A stretch of 64,000 bases of DNA, from contig ADNK01000053.1 of NCBI GenBank assembly GCA_000320545.1, forward strand, positions 1 to 64,000, in the 5' to 3' direction. A program made the position numbers and the translations under genes. Below the pieces are notes generated by a model. That model was not told the DNA's origin. It made no database searches and worked only from the letters and a program-made list of their open reading frames with translations. Positions within the stretch are counted from its first letter, which is position 1. Each line of letters opens with the position of its first letter. Below are positions 53,665 through 64,000 of the stretch, piece by piece. The stretch comes from Bigelowiella natans CCMP2755 (Eukaryota > Protista > Cercozoa).

Positions 53665-55067
53665 ATGAGGGATGCTGCTGGCTTGAGCCAACGACGGATA
53701 CGCATGAAAGGGATGGAAGGATTCGTACCCTCTTCCTCGGTAAGATGTTGATGTTGTGCAATATTATGCTAACCTGCTTCCTTTGAAGAACATCCCATCA
53801 AAAGCTTTATCCATGCCAACATAGGGACCCGAGACAAAAGCAAGTGAGCCTCCTGTTCAGGCCAGCTCTCCTCCTAACCAACGAAAAATGCGCCGAATGT
53901 TGCTGCATCGGCCGAGGCACTCACTGGCACGTGATGATGACAAAAGACAAGATATGTTCCTCGTAACTCTCCCTTCCCGAAACAGCCCTGTCACACTGGG
54001 CTATACTGACATCCCGTTGTTGGGTGAAGATTCGAAAGGTATGTACAATAGCCAGCGGTGGGTATGTCATTGGCACGCTACTAGCTTCGATGCTCCCCTT
54101 GTTCAGAAGTAGACGATGATGAAAACAACTGGGATGGAGAGCATCTAATAATTGTCGGAAAATAGGGCAGGGGTGTTAAATAGCCATGAATTCCCTTTGA
54201 TGAAACATATGAAATCGTTCTTAGGAAACAACAATGATGACAACGATGAGAATCTAAGCCAATCAGCTGTCATTTTCATTGACAGACAAGGTAACCGTAT
54301 AGAGGTTTTTTTGTGTAGACTCTTGCACTCTTCATCGTTTTCCTCACATCCCGTTTGTAAGGATCAAAGGCCAAAAAAGCAGCGTATTTATTCCTTGGAA
54401 TTAGTCTTGTTATGGCACTTCTTGCAGCAATAGGTACTCCTCATCCTCCTCCTCCTCCTCGTCGTGCCCCCACTAAATCGTTTCATGTTGGCAAGCGCAA
54501 AAAGAACCCTCGATAATTATCATCTTTTAAGCCTTTCTGTGGTGTAAACTACCGATGACGATGATGATGATGCTTTTTGCGATACTGTTTGAACTTCGAT
54601 ATTCACTGTTCCTCATTTTGATTTTGATGTACCTCTGGCACCTCTCTTCAGTTCTCCTGCTTTGCCGATAATTGAATGCTACGTTCTTAGCATTCCATTT
54701 CAAACACCCCATTCCCTATTGTATTAGGAGCAACTAGCGGCAACATCGTCGCACGATGCTTTTTACATCTAAGTCTATTCTTTCTTGGCGGTAAGTGTAG
54801 GAGGAAGAAATTAAATGTGTAGATATTGTATATTGTGGGGGGGGAGGGGGCTGTTGGGGATGTGTCAAATACAGTGAAGCAGCCTATTTTTGCTCTCAGT
54901 CCTGGGGATCATGTTAAACAATTCGCAGCTATTGACACTATTCATAGCATGTAAGTGGTAGCATAGTAGTCGTCGTCGTCGTCTATTTCGATCTCCTACT
55001 CCTCACACAGCATAACAAGACGCAACATCCACCGCTTAGTTCGGTGTCATGTTTCACCAAATAAGAA

Positions 55068-55104
<37 letters not shown>

Positions 55105-55110
55105 ACATAC

Positions 55111-55157
<47 letters not shown>

Positions 55158-55470
55158 ATAAAATAAAAATTGAGCCCAACCATGCGTATGAATGTGTGCG
55201 CGCGAGACTACCCTCGACCATTATTCTCCATTCTGAATCAACCTCAGTTTCATACGTGGAGGCTCTCATCTCTGCAATAGGAGTGACAACCCTCACCGAT
55301 TTCGCTGGGTTCCTCACAAAACTAGCATCGTGTTATACGGTGGGATACGTCAAATCTTCGCTGGTATAAAGATGATGATGATCATGATCACCTTTGCAAG
55401 AAATCAAAGACATTAGATACCGTTTTTACATTGATGAACATAACTTTTTTTTCGCGGACTATGGGAGAAG

Positions 55471-55507
<37 letters not shown>

Positions 55508-55661
55508 TCTGATATTCTATATTAATTATCATTTCAAGAAGTAATATTTGCTTTTCCTATCTACGATTTCACTCGTCGTTGCTGCTCTTCATGATATCTT
55601 TCCACCTCCTCATATTCTCTATGTACATCAGCTGGCTACCTGGTTTTCACCGTTACATTGA
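53665..55661 (+). CDS. Hypothetical small multi-pass membrane protein (about 4 TM), multi-exon
   Basis: Hydrophilic N-terminus, then in-phase hydrophobic exons AAYLFLGISLVMALLAAIG, ARCFLHLSLFFLGVLGIML, LLTLFIAFSYVEALISAIGV, FAGFLTKLASCYTVGYV and LATWFSPLH*. Confidence 0.7.
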
Positions 55662-55824
55662 TAGATACAACCGACAAAACACGCCCAAGACAGACATCTA
55701 AGCAGTGTGTGATTAGATTAGACGCAGGCTGCCAAGAAGCGTATTGGAAAGCGCTCTCTGACAGTGCTAGAGTGCATCTGTGACATATGTGCACATTCAC
55801 TCATATCATGTACTATCTAAGCTT

Positions 55825-55881
55825 AAGACGGATGTAATGAATCGAATTAAATTTGTTCAATGGTCATCCTATCTAGCTATG
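55825..55881 (-). repeat. Dispersed repeat, partial copy C
   Basis: aagacggatgtaatgaatcgaattaaatttgttcaatggtcatcct aligns to copy B (aagacggatgtaatgaatcaatttaaatttgttcaat...ggtcatcct). Confidence 0.85.
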
Positions 55882-56211
55882 TGCACAGCGATGTTGCACT
55901 GGGCTCATGCATTTTTATGCATCTCTAGATCTGCAGCATGTGTGCATGGTTCTAGACGCGAGTGCATAGCTAGTTAGGCTTGCGCTATTCATTACACTAT
56001 CGCAGGTCCACTTTACATGAAGACATTGAATGTCAATCGAGTCTTGGCGCTGACGTGCATGTAAGGATATACGCCAACAATACACGATGTCACAAACATA
56101 CTGCGCCGTCTTAACGAGCCTGGTCTATATTATTACATCCGTCTCATACATCGTCTACGCTAATCCTTGTCGTCATCGTGCCCCATCCCGACGATAAACG
56201 CATCAACGGAA

Positions 56212-56675
56212 TCACTTCATGCGCTCCCATTCAGCCCTCGAAATGGGGTTAGGCAGCAGCTGCCATTTCTTCGCGCTTGGAAAGTGCGTACGGATGAGCT
56301 CTTCCGGTTTCGCGCACCAGTACTCCATGCTGAGGCAATGCACGAATCTCCCCGAGTCGGTGACGTGTCCAGATGCCCACGTCACATCTACCAGGTACCA
56401 TGTTCCTTCTGTATCACCATCATTGCGTGCATACAGCAACAGAAGCGGATGAGGAGGTGTGTGTATGTGTAAGGTTATCATGATTGTTTACACTAAGCCC
56501 CTACGAACCCGTTTTAGTATTTTCCAACTCCCCCAACTCGTCCTGCCATCATCGCAGCAACATGACGACGACGACGACAGTCTATGTCGCAGGTGAAGGT
56601 TTAGTGTGTTTCGCAGCGGAAAATCCAGCCGCCAACTGCTGTTCGAATGACGATATCATATCGAGTAGTGCTACC

Positions 56676-56712
<37 letters not shown>

Positions 56713-56844
56713 TAAGTACCTAATCGGACTGTGGACCAGGCATGAGCGTCCTTGAGGAAAATAGCAAACAACAATATACGGCACGAATATCTTGCATCAA
56801 TTTATAGAACAATTGCTCTTTGTCCTCTCGTAGGAACTAATACT

Positions 56845-56883
<39 letters not shown>

Positions 56884-57567
56884 CTTGCATTGCTGGCTGA
56901 TTTGCTGGCTCAAGGTTTCGCTGTGATGTGCAAGCTAACAACACTTTCGCAGCATCTGTATAACCTCATTGCACACCATACCTTCCGAGCTCCTCGCGCC
57001 CACCCCCCGATCTTCCTGCTCTCCACGCCTGCGACTGTGCACATCGCTTTGAACAGATTAGCATAGCCCTCACACACACCTGCTCTCAAACAATCACAGC
57101 AGGGTTGATGGGCATGAGGATGAGGAATGGAGGCCGATCAACATTAACCACCACACCGAAGTGTGCTATATCGTTGTACCTAGTCTACTCTGGAAAACAG
57201 CTGCAGCTTGCTGACTCCTACGCTTGCTGCGATGGTACAAAAACCAAGCAAAACACATTTCGCCTGATATTATTTGGGCGGCATCCTCGCTTGGAAATGT
57301 TCTCATAACGTGCGACGATGTTCGTCATTAGAGATTCAACATAATGATGTACGAAGTACCCCTTTCTTCGCCTTCCTGTGTACGTCTCCATATCGTAGCG
57401 GATATTCACGGCAATCCACTAAGTGTTTCATGATGTAAGGTAGTAGCAGAAATAGTGGTTGGAGGAGGAGGAGGAGGAGGAGGAGGAGTTTAACTGAATC
57501 TTATTAATTTGAAGGAGATTGGAAACAATCAAAGAAGACATGGTTGTCCAGCAAATATTGACAGCAC

Positions 57568-57607
<40 letters not shown>

Positions 57608-59247
57608 TGATATTGACAAATCATGCACGGCACTTGAAGCAATGGGGGCATTGAAGGAGCTCATACTACTATTACTACTACTACTATTACTGCTGCTGCT
57701 GCTAATACCTTGAAGATCCTTTCGGCCTTGTCTTGCTCCCTCACGGCATCTGCACATAGATGTTTGGCCAGCGTAACAAAGCTAAGCAAGTGCTCGCTTC
57801 TAATTGGCGGCAGGAACACGCCGTGGATATCACGCGGGATCCATTTCTTCCCTAAGGAAGAGGAGGAGGAGGAGGAGGAGGAGGAGGAGGAGGAGGAAGA
57901 TCCGAGACATATTCGTCCCTTCGCTTGACCATGCTTTCGCTTGCGTGCGATGCGACGTTGACGCAAGCTTACTCCTCCACAATCGTCGTGCCGTCGTCGT
58001 CGTCGTTGTTTCTGCTGCTGAAGTTCCTCCTCTCCTCGATGCTGTCTAAGCCGTCGAACCCGCTCTCTAAGCTGCGAGTGCATTGATGGGGTGGGGAGCA
58101 CGGGAAGATCTGTCAGATCTATCACATCCATTTGCCTGTCCTTGCGCTCATCATTTTCTCCTGATGCTGCTTGCTTCATGTCGTCGTCGTTGTCGCCATT
58201 TCCTAGTGATGGTTGTGTGATGTGTGTTTCAGTGTTCTGCTTAATTTTATATGCGCTTTGTCGTCTGTCTCTGCTTGTTCCTTAAAGGTCTTTGTTATCA
58301 TCATTATTAAATACATATTATCCTTCATCATCATCACTCACCTTGCCGGGCGGTGCAGCACATCTCGCAACGGTTTACCTGGATGTAAAGCAAGCTGAGT
58401 GGACCCTCACTTTCTATGGAGAATTTCGGCGTTAACGATGAACAGCCCGTTAACATGTTGAAAATCTGTATTTACTTTTAACTACCATTAACTACTGCAT
58501 CATCTAAAACTTCTACGGCTACCACCGAGATCGAGTTCAAAAAGGTGCAGGCGATGCATGGCCATTTCGTGGAGTTTTGGTTGTGGGAGGAGGAGGATTC
58601 CAAGTCAATCTTTTCGGGATGAGAGGAGCTTCCCTTAGTCTTATTTCTTCTATTGCTGCTCCTGCTCTGACATCTATTCATATCGGAGGCTGCAGAAGAT
58701 GCCGACACAGCAGCGAGAACTATTCTTCGATCATGTGTCCTCACCTCCGCATCTCCATCGTCATCGTTGACTGGATTTCCCTGGGGGGAAGAGCCTGTTA
58801 GCGTTTTCAGGAGGCCATTCACGTTCTGGTCGTAGATGCCTCCCTTCGGAAGCACAAGTACCCGTTCTTCGCGAAAGCCGATGCTCTTGAGTAAGTCCAG
58901 CGACGATGGTGTCAGCAGGCGTTCAACCTGTGGTTATGTGTAGTCTCTCTTTCAGGCGATAACACTCCATACGGATGCTAGTCCCTAGATTAACGGATAA
59001 ATGGACCTTGGAAAGCACAATACGCCTCGACTTTGAGTTCTCCTTGTCCCGAGCTGCTCGATAAAGGTCATTCGAATTTAAGTTCGTATGGCTCATGAAA
59101 GATGGGAGATTCTCAAATGGTAGAGTGTCCCTCTCGGAGTTGTTTTCAGTCGATGATGAGTCAACCTATTCTCTGCAGAATCTTCCTCAAGTAGGCTTCC
59201 TGTGCGCTTGGCGTCACCACCTCCTCCCCCTCCTCCGGTGCATCCAT
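56212..59247 (-). CDS. PUB-like domain + NZF/RanBP2 zinc finger + KY-type transglutaminase-like cysteine protease, multi-exon
   Basis: PUB-like: AYLRKILQRIARDKENSKSRRIVLSKVERLLTPSSLDLLKSIGFREERVLVLP. NZF: KWPCIACTFLNSISVNRCEMCCTAR. Transglutaminase-like core: KAERIFKWIAVNIRYD, GVCEGYANLFKAMCTVAGVESRKIGGWARG, HAWSTVRL, WYLVDVTWASG, PEELIRTHFP..WQLL. The Cys-His-Asp triad is intact. Confidence 0.88.
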
Positions 59248-59590
59248 GAGTGCCCAAGGGGATCAGTCGATGCTGCTCGGACGGAAAATAATTCGAAAAT
59301 ACGAGAGTACTCCAATAACTACTTGAATGGGAACAAAAAATATCGATGAAACTACTAAGTAAGAGAGAGTACTCTATCGTAGATAGTACAGTCCAAAAAC
59401 ACAACCTAGTTCCACAATATTATATTTGAAATTTTATTGTTGTTTCCTGCTGGAAATACTGTCCATCCAGTAGTGATTTGTGTTGGCAAGCCGCTTCTTT
59501 CCAACGGTCTTTCTTCTTCTCTGACATTTGGCCTGTTCTAGGTGAAAATAAGCAAAAGAAAAAGGACGAGGTTTCTTCGTTTCTTCTGAC

Positions 59591-59597
59591 AAAAAAA
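59591..59597 (-). terminator. Pol III oligo-T terminator
   Basis: A7 on the + strand (T7 on the - strand) directly after the tRNA 3' end. Confidence 0.85.
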
Positions 59598-59671
59598 TAC
59601 ACCCAGAGTGACTTGAACACCCGACCCTCGGTGTGTAAAACCGATGTCATAACCAACTAGACCATGGGTGC
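59598..59671 (-). tRNA. tRNA-Val(UAC), identical to the copy at 53384-53457
   Basis: Exact reverse complement of 53384-53457 over 74 nt. The flanks are unrelated apart from the oligo-T. Confidence 0.95.
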
Positions 59672-59964
59672 CATAATGTTAGGAGTGATACAGGCTCGAA
59701 AATCCAAATGACCGATTAAAAATTCATCAAATGTAAACAAAATGAGGGGATGTTTGTACCAAAGCGACAGGGCTATGGTGTTGACGCAGGCAGATTTTTC
59801 ACCATCAATAATTATTCCGACGCTCCCAGAAAACTCTGTTGCATGAAGTCCTCCGTAGATTTGACTTATGCAAGTAAAATCATGTCGTAGGTATAAATTG
59901 GCATGTATTTCTCCATTTTCGATCCCGCCTGCGAGAGCAACGAAGAAAAGGAAATTGATCGACG

Positions 59965-60782
59965 ATGGGTGCCGACCAATCGTCTCAGCAGCCTACCTAC
60001 GCCGCTGAAAAGCAGCAACCGGCTACCAACACTAAGGGCATTGCCGTCAAGGTTGATATAATATAATGCGAATGAATACGACGGGGTGATGGGTGGGGCC
60101 AAAGACTTGTTCTCTCTGCCTGCATTGTCAAAGCAGCCTCGAAACTCATCACTGTAACAAAAAATGCCTTCCAATTGCCCTTTTCTCCCTTCGCCTTCGG
60201 AACGAATATAGAACGGTATGAAGAACTGTGCTTTCGAACTATTATTTCTTCGCCATTTTTTAAAATTAACTGCTAGGCATACGACGTAGCTAATGAATAA
60301 TTTTCTGAAAATTGAACCCCAACTGTGTAGCTGAATGTGTACTCCCCGAGCCAAGCTGTCCAGCAAAAAGCTGCCCAGCAACAGCAGCAGCAGCGAACAC
60401 AAACTGCCGGGACCAACACTATGTCCCAGGTGTCTTCTCCTACCACGACACAAAAAATAAAAACTACGTAGAAGGAGAGAGAGGGGGGGGGGGGAAGGGA
60501 AGAGGGAGATTTGTTCATCTATAAACGTGAGATTTCTGGAAAAGAAAAAATCAATAGAAAGCCTAATGAGATTGCAAGATGGATACCCCTTGAAAAAGTC
60601 ATTGCGCACGCCGCAGGTCCCTCAAGTCCCCGGATTTGGAGTGTATCACTCAGGGGTTGTCATCAATGGGCGCGAGTATACTTTCGGAGGGGGCGGTGGC
60701 TCGGGAAGTGGTGTAGTAGAGCATACTCCTGGTGCTGCGTATGGGCGCAAAGACGGCAACTGGCAGTTCTACAAAACGGTCG

Positions 60783-60822
<40 letters not shown>

Positions 60823-62828
60823 CATTACTAGGCAATGCAGCTTTTCCGGTTCGTGGGAGTGCTGTTTGACCCTTTCGTTATGCCTTTTAAATAGAGCAGC
60901 AAGCTGCTGCTGCTGCTCTTGCTGCTGCTCCTGCTCCTATAAGACAAATATTCTGAATTCTAAACAACGGAGGAAGGAGCGGCCAAATGCAACCACCAAC
61001 CGAGGCGACTACCATCCCCCCCTCCCTTTTCCTAGGTGGATTTAGGCTGTACGAAACTGAACAGCAAGCAGATCTCGGGGGTAAACTACACCGATGAAAA
61101 GAACATTAAGATGTGAATCGCTTGGATGCTTTAAATGCTGCCTCGGTCCTCCGCCTACGTATCATTTTCTTATTCCTGATAAAAATGGTGGTTCCTTCTT
61201 TAGGCACTCAGCAATTTGAGAGGGTTGTTTCCCAGCAATAGCTACGATCTAATGGGCAAGAACTGTAACCATTTCTGCGAGGTAGAAGAGTACAAAAACA
61301 AAATTAAGAAATTTTACGATATACACCTGTAGCATTAATCTGCAGCGCTGCCGCACACGCACACGGCTCTGCTTGTTTGTCCATCTTTTGTTTTTGCCTT
61401 CCCGAGTCCTCATCTTCGTGATGAATTAATGAGAAGTGCGCAACAATAGCTTCATTCACACGGAGCGTCTTCCCCTCATCCTCCTCCTCCTTCTCCTCCC
61501 TATCCCTCCTCGTGATTGCAAATTTAGCTCTTTTGCATGAAGCTGGGTGTGACGTATCCAGGCTGGGTCAACAGGGCTGCAAAGGCAATTACAATTAAAT
61601 AATAGAATAGAACGATGAAAAACATCTATTGTACGAGGTCGAATGTGAATATGGATGACTATCAAAAGACACCAAACAGAAACATATCGTCTCGTTTCGA
61701 TAGATTCTTATTCGGAGCGAGCTGCCAGAGCACCCAAATACCTGAAAATAAACGACTTCATGTTGAATCTTCCACATCTTAAGAACGCCGATGTTTTCCT
61801 ACACGCGGAACGCTCTTCCCGCATTAAAATATAAAGTATTTCTTCCAGCCGATATCCCGCCGTTCGGATGATTATTATCGAATAATTGCCCATTAAAGCT
61901 TCCCTACCCCTGCTTAGATGGCTAATTCATTCCGTGGAGGCACTGACTTCGTAGACAAACACAAGGCAGTCATAATGGAGGAGGTACTTGCATTTCTCCC
62001 ATACATCTGCGTCAATCCCACCATGTGAATGCCGCCATTCGATTGACTCACCGGATCATCGGCATACCCCCCTCTCTTCTGAAAGGAGCGGAAGCGAAAG
62101 GCAAAGGAGGCGAAGCTGAAGGAACTGAAAAACCGACAGACAAAGGTGGGGGGGGGGGGGGGGGTTCTGTGCTGCTGTACGCACTTCTTACGAGCAGAAG
62201 CAGTACTAAAGGAACGGCTGAGAGGAGGATTGATGACCACCGACGACGATAACATCATAATCAAACCCTCTTTCTCATGGATTTTCACCTTGAAATACCA
62301 CACAACACAATGAAAGGGGGGGGGTGTAAGAGGGCATGGACTCTCTGTATATGAAGCACGAATCATCATCAAACATGCGTGGTCGTCGTTCGTTTATCTT
62401 ATCCGTTCATTGGTGTTTTGTTTCTCCCCCCCCCCTTATCATTACCTGCGATTGATCAGCTCAAAGCAGAGCCTCCGTCAGGATCGAAGGGCGTCGTTGT
62501 TGTGCAGGTGTGTCGTGTGTTTAGTCAAGAAAATACCCGAATAGTGCGGGCAGCGATGAAATTTTAAGACTCGATGGGCAGTCGTCCTGTGCTACTTTGT
62601 CCTGCGGTTGCGTCGTCAATGCATAGTAGTAAGAAGCCGCTTTATGCTGCTGCTTTGAGAGAATGATGATGATATTATGACGATGGACGATTATGATTGA
62701 GTGGAAACACGATGGAAAATAAAGGTAAATTGTCCAAGTGGAAGCAAGGTTCGCCGTCGCTTTCTCGAAACGGATACAATAGGTTATCCTCGTACAAATT
62801 TGTGTGGAACATATAATGTATATTTATA

Positions 62829-62910
<82 letters not shown>

Positions 62911-63711
62911 TATACACGCAGCTTTGAGATTTCTGGCTCTTTTATTCACGTCATCCAGCTTCTCCTCCTTCCACTGACTCACAGGCTGATTGGCTCTGTT
63001 GTTGTTGTGGTTGGCGTTTACTGCGCGCATAGGCGATGTGATGGAGTTCGTTTATGCTTCTGATGCGGAGGTAAAAAGAAGAAGAAGAAGAAGAAGAAAA
63101 GGGGAATACGAAGCAGCAGCACGATGATGTGCTGCTGCTGCTGCTGATGATGATGGTGATTGGGAAAACATTGTTTTCTACAAAACTGTGCATTCTCGAT
63201 CCATTGGTCCGAACATCATCATCCCCAGCCGCCTCCTGCTTCGTGCTGCTCTGCAAGCAAGCTCACTACAACGCCATATTGACCGCAACAATCAGGTGAA
63301 ACGTAAGGGCTTTGAACTGATACAGAGGATGCCTCGGATGGTAGGAACAGCTCAGCATTTATAGACAACAACGAAAACAACAACAACAACAACAACAACT
63401 TCAACAACAAGGACTTGTCGCATACGAAATTTTCAATGGACGATAAGCACCGACTATGCTACATTCAAAGCTCGCAGAGAGCAAGAATTTTCGCATTTCT
63501 TTTTCGCAAATGTTTCGCTACTCTCTAGGAATCGAATCGCAACTACACGTATACGACGTGCACAAATGACCGAGCTAATTCGTCCTTACTGATGAAAGCG
63601 ATTACAATGTACCACGTGCGCAATCATTAGGTGTTTTCGGACTATAAGAAGACACTTGCATCTGCGGGAATAAAGAAACAAGCAAATCTCTTCGTTAGAC
63701 GTGCAGCATAG
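59965..63711 (+). CDS. PPPDE/DeSI-family (peptidase C97) isopeptidase fused to a C-terminal UBX domain, with possible N-myristoylation motif, multi-exon
   Basis: Starts MGADQS. PPPDE domain: VKLNVYS, GVYHSGVVINGREYTFG (His), VDLGCT, YDLMGKNCNHFCE (Cys), PGWVNRAA. A charged helix follows, then UBX-like LKAEPPSGSKGVVVVQVNCPSGSKVRRRFLETDTIGDVMEFVY..FELIQRMPRMVFSDYKKTLASAGIKKQANLFVRRAA*. Confidence 0.9.
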
Positions 63712-64000
63712 TCACATACAGAGTGTAAAGCAGAATAATTTGGCGTCGTATGCGATGCATCCATGGCTTCATTATATGATATGAAGTAGACTTTGCGCGT
63801 CAATCGATTAATGGAGATAATCTTGCGTTAAAGGAATGCGAACGCAACGAATGATATGGCATTATTGTTCCCGGCTTCGGTTGCGATGTATTATTGGTAG
63901 TGTAAGCGCTATATTTATCTACGCATATCTTATCTAGAAAGTCGCGAGCGACTCTTCGTTGTGCAGCTAGTACGTTCATATCAACTAGCACGCGATCACA

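Larger units (their letters stand above)
1..64000. repeat. Very dense microsatellites: (TA)n, (CA)n, (GA)n, (CG)n, (CAT)n, (GTA)n, (GGA)n, (GAA)n, (CAG)n, poly-G/C; mainly intronic
   Basis: Directly visible in most introns, e.g. 4870-4899 (TA)n, 8058-8128 (GT)n(GA)n, 20914-20947 (CTA)n. They account for most of the spurious six-frame ORFs. Confidence 0.98.

Noticed and set aside
11946-63711. A window-wide proteostasis gene cluster (DNAJB12, USP, Sel1 protein, two p97-linked proteases)
   Set aside because: Ubiquitin and chaperone genes are abundant in eukaryotes and are interspersed here with unrelated housekeeping genes. Only the adjacent protease pair is reported.
1-64000. Hundreds of short ORFs with [24 protein letters not shown] or poly-S/H/M tracts
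   Set aside because: These are translations of intronic microsatellites. The real exons are the short non-repetitive segments bounded by AG/GT.

Overview
Compact, intron-rich eukaryotic nuclear DNA from a protist. The ~100-400 nt GT-AG introns full of microsatellites and a possible bipartite plastid leader on MetRS suggest a chlorarachniophyte-like alga, but that is inference. By splicing exons by hand I reconstruct 13 protein-coding genes, in order: a secreted hypothetical protein (-), eIF2B-alpha (+), an AGC kinase (-), DNAJB12/14-like (+), a USP53/54-like deubiquitinase (-), ARMH3/C10orf76-like (+), a Sel1-repeat/coiled-coil protein (-), an organellar-type MetRS (+), an MFSD1-like transporter (+), TAF10 (-), a small multi-pass membrane protein (+), a PUB-NZF-transglutaminase-like protease (-) and a PPPDE/DeSI-UBX peptidase (+). 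There are also two identical, inverted tRNA-Val(UAC) genes. Most of the supplied six-frame ORFs are microsatellite artefacts. The most interesting signals are: (1) a head-to-head pair of cysteine-protease genes, each fused to a different p97/Cdc48-type binding module (a divergent PUB plus a ubiquitin-binding NZF on one, UBX on the other); (2) a distinct sequence style confined to DNA downstream of stop codons, with strong CTAG enrichment, a recurring 12-bp palindrome CATGCTAGCATG, a ~100-bp dispersed repeat, and one 780-nt stretch where TpA is almost absent except inside CTAG; (3) near-perfect strand alternation of genes. Gene boundaries are manual predictions, counts were made by eye, and no database searches were run.
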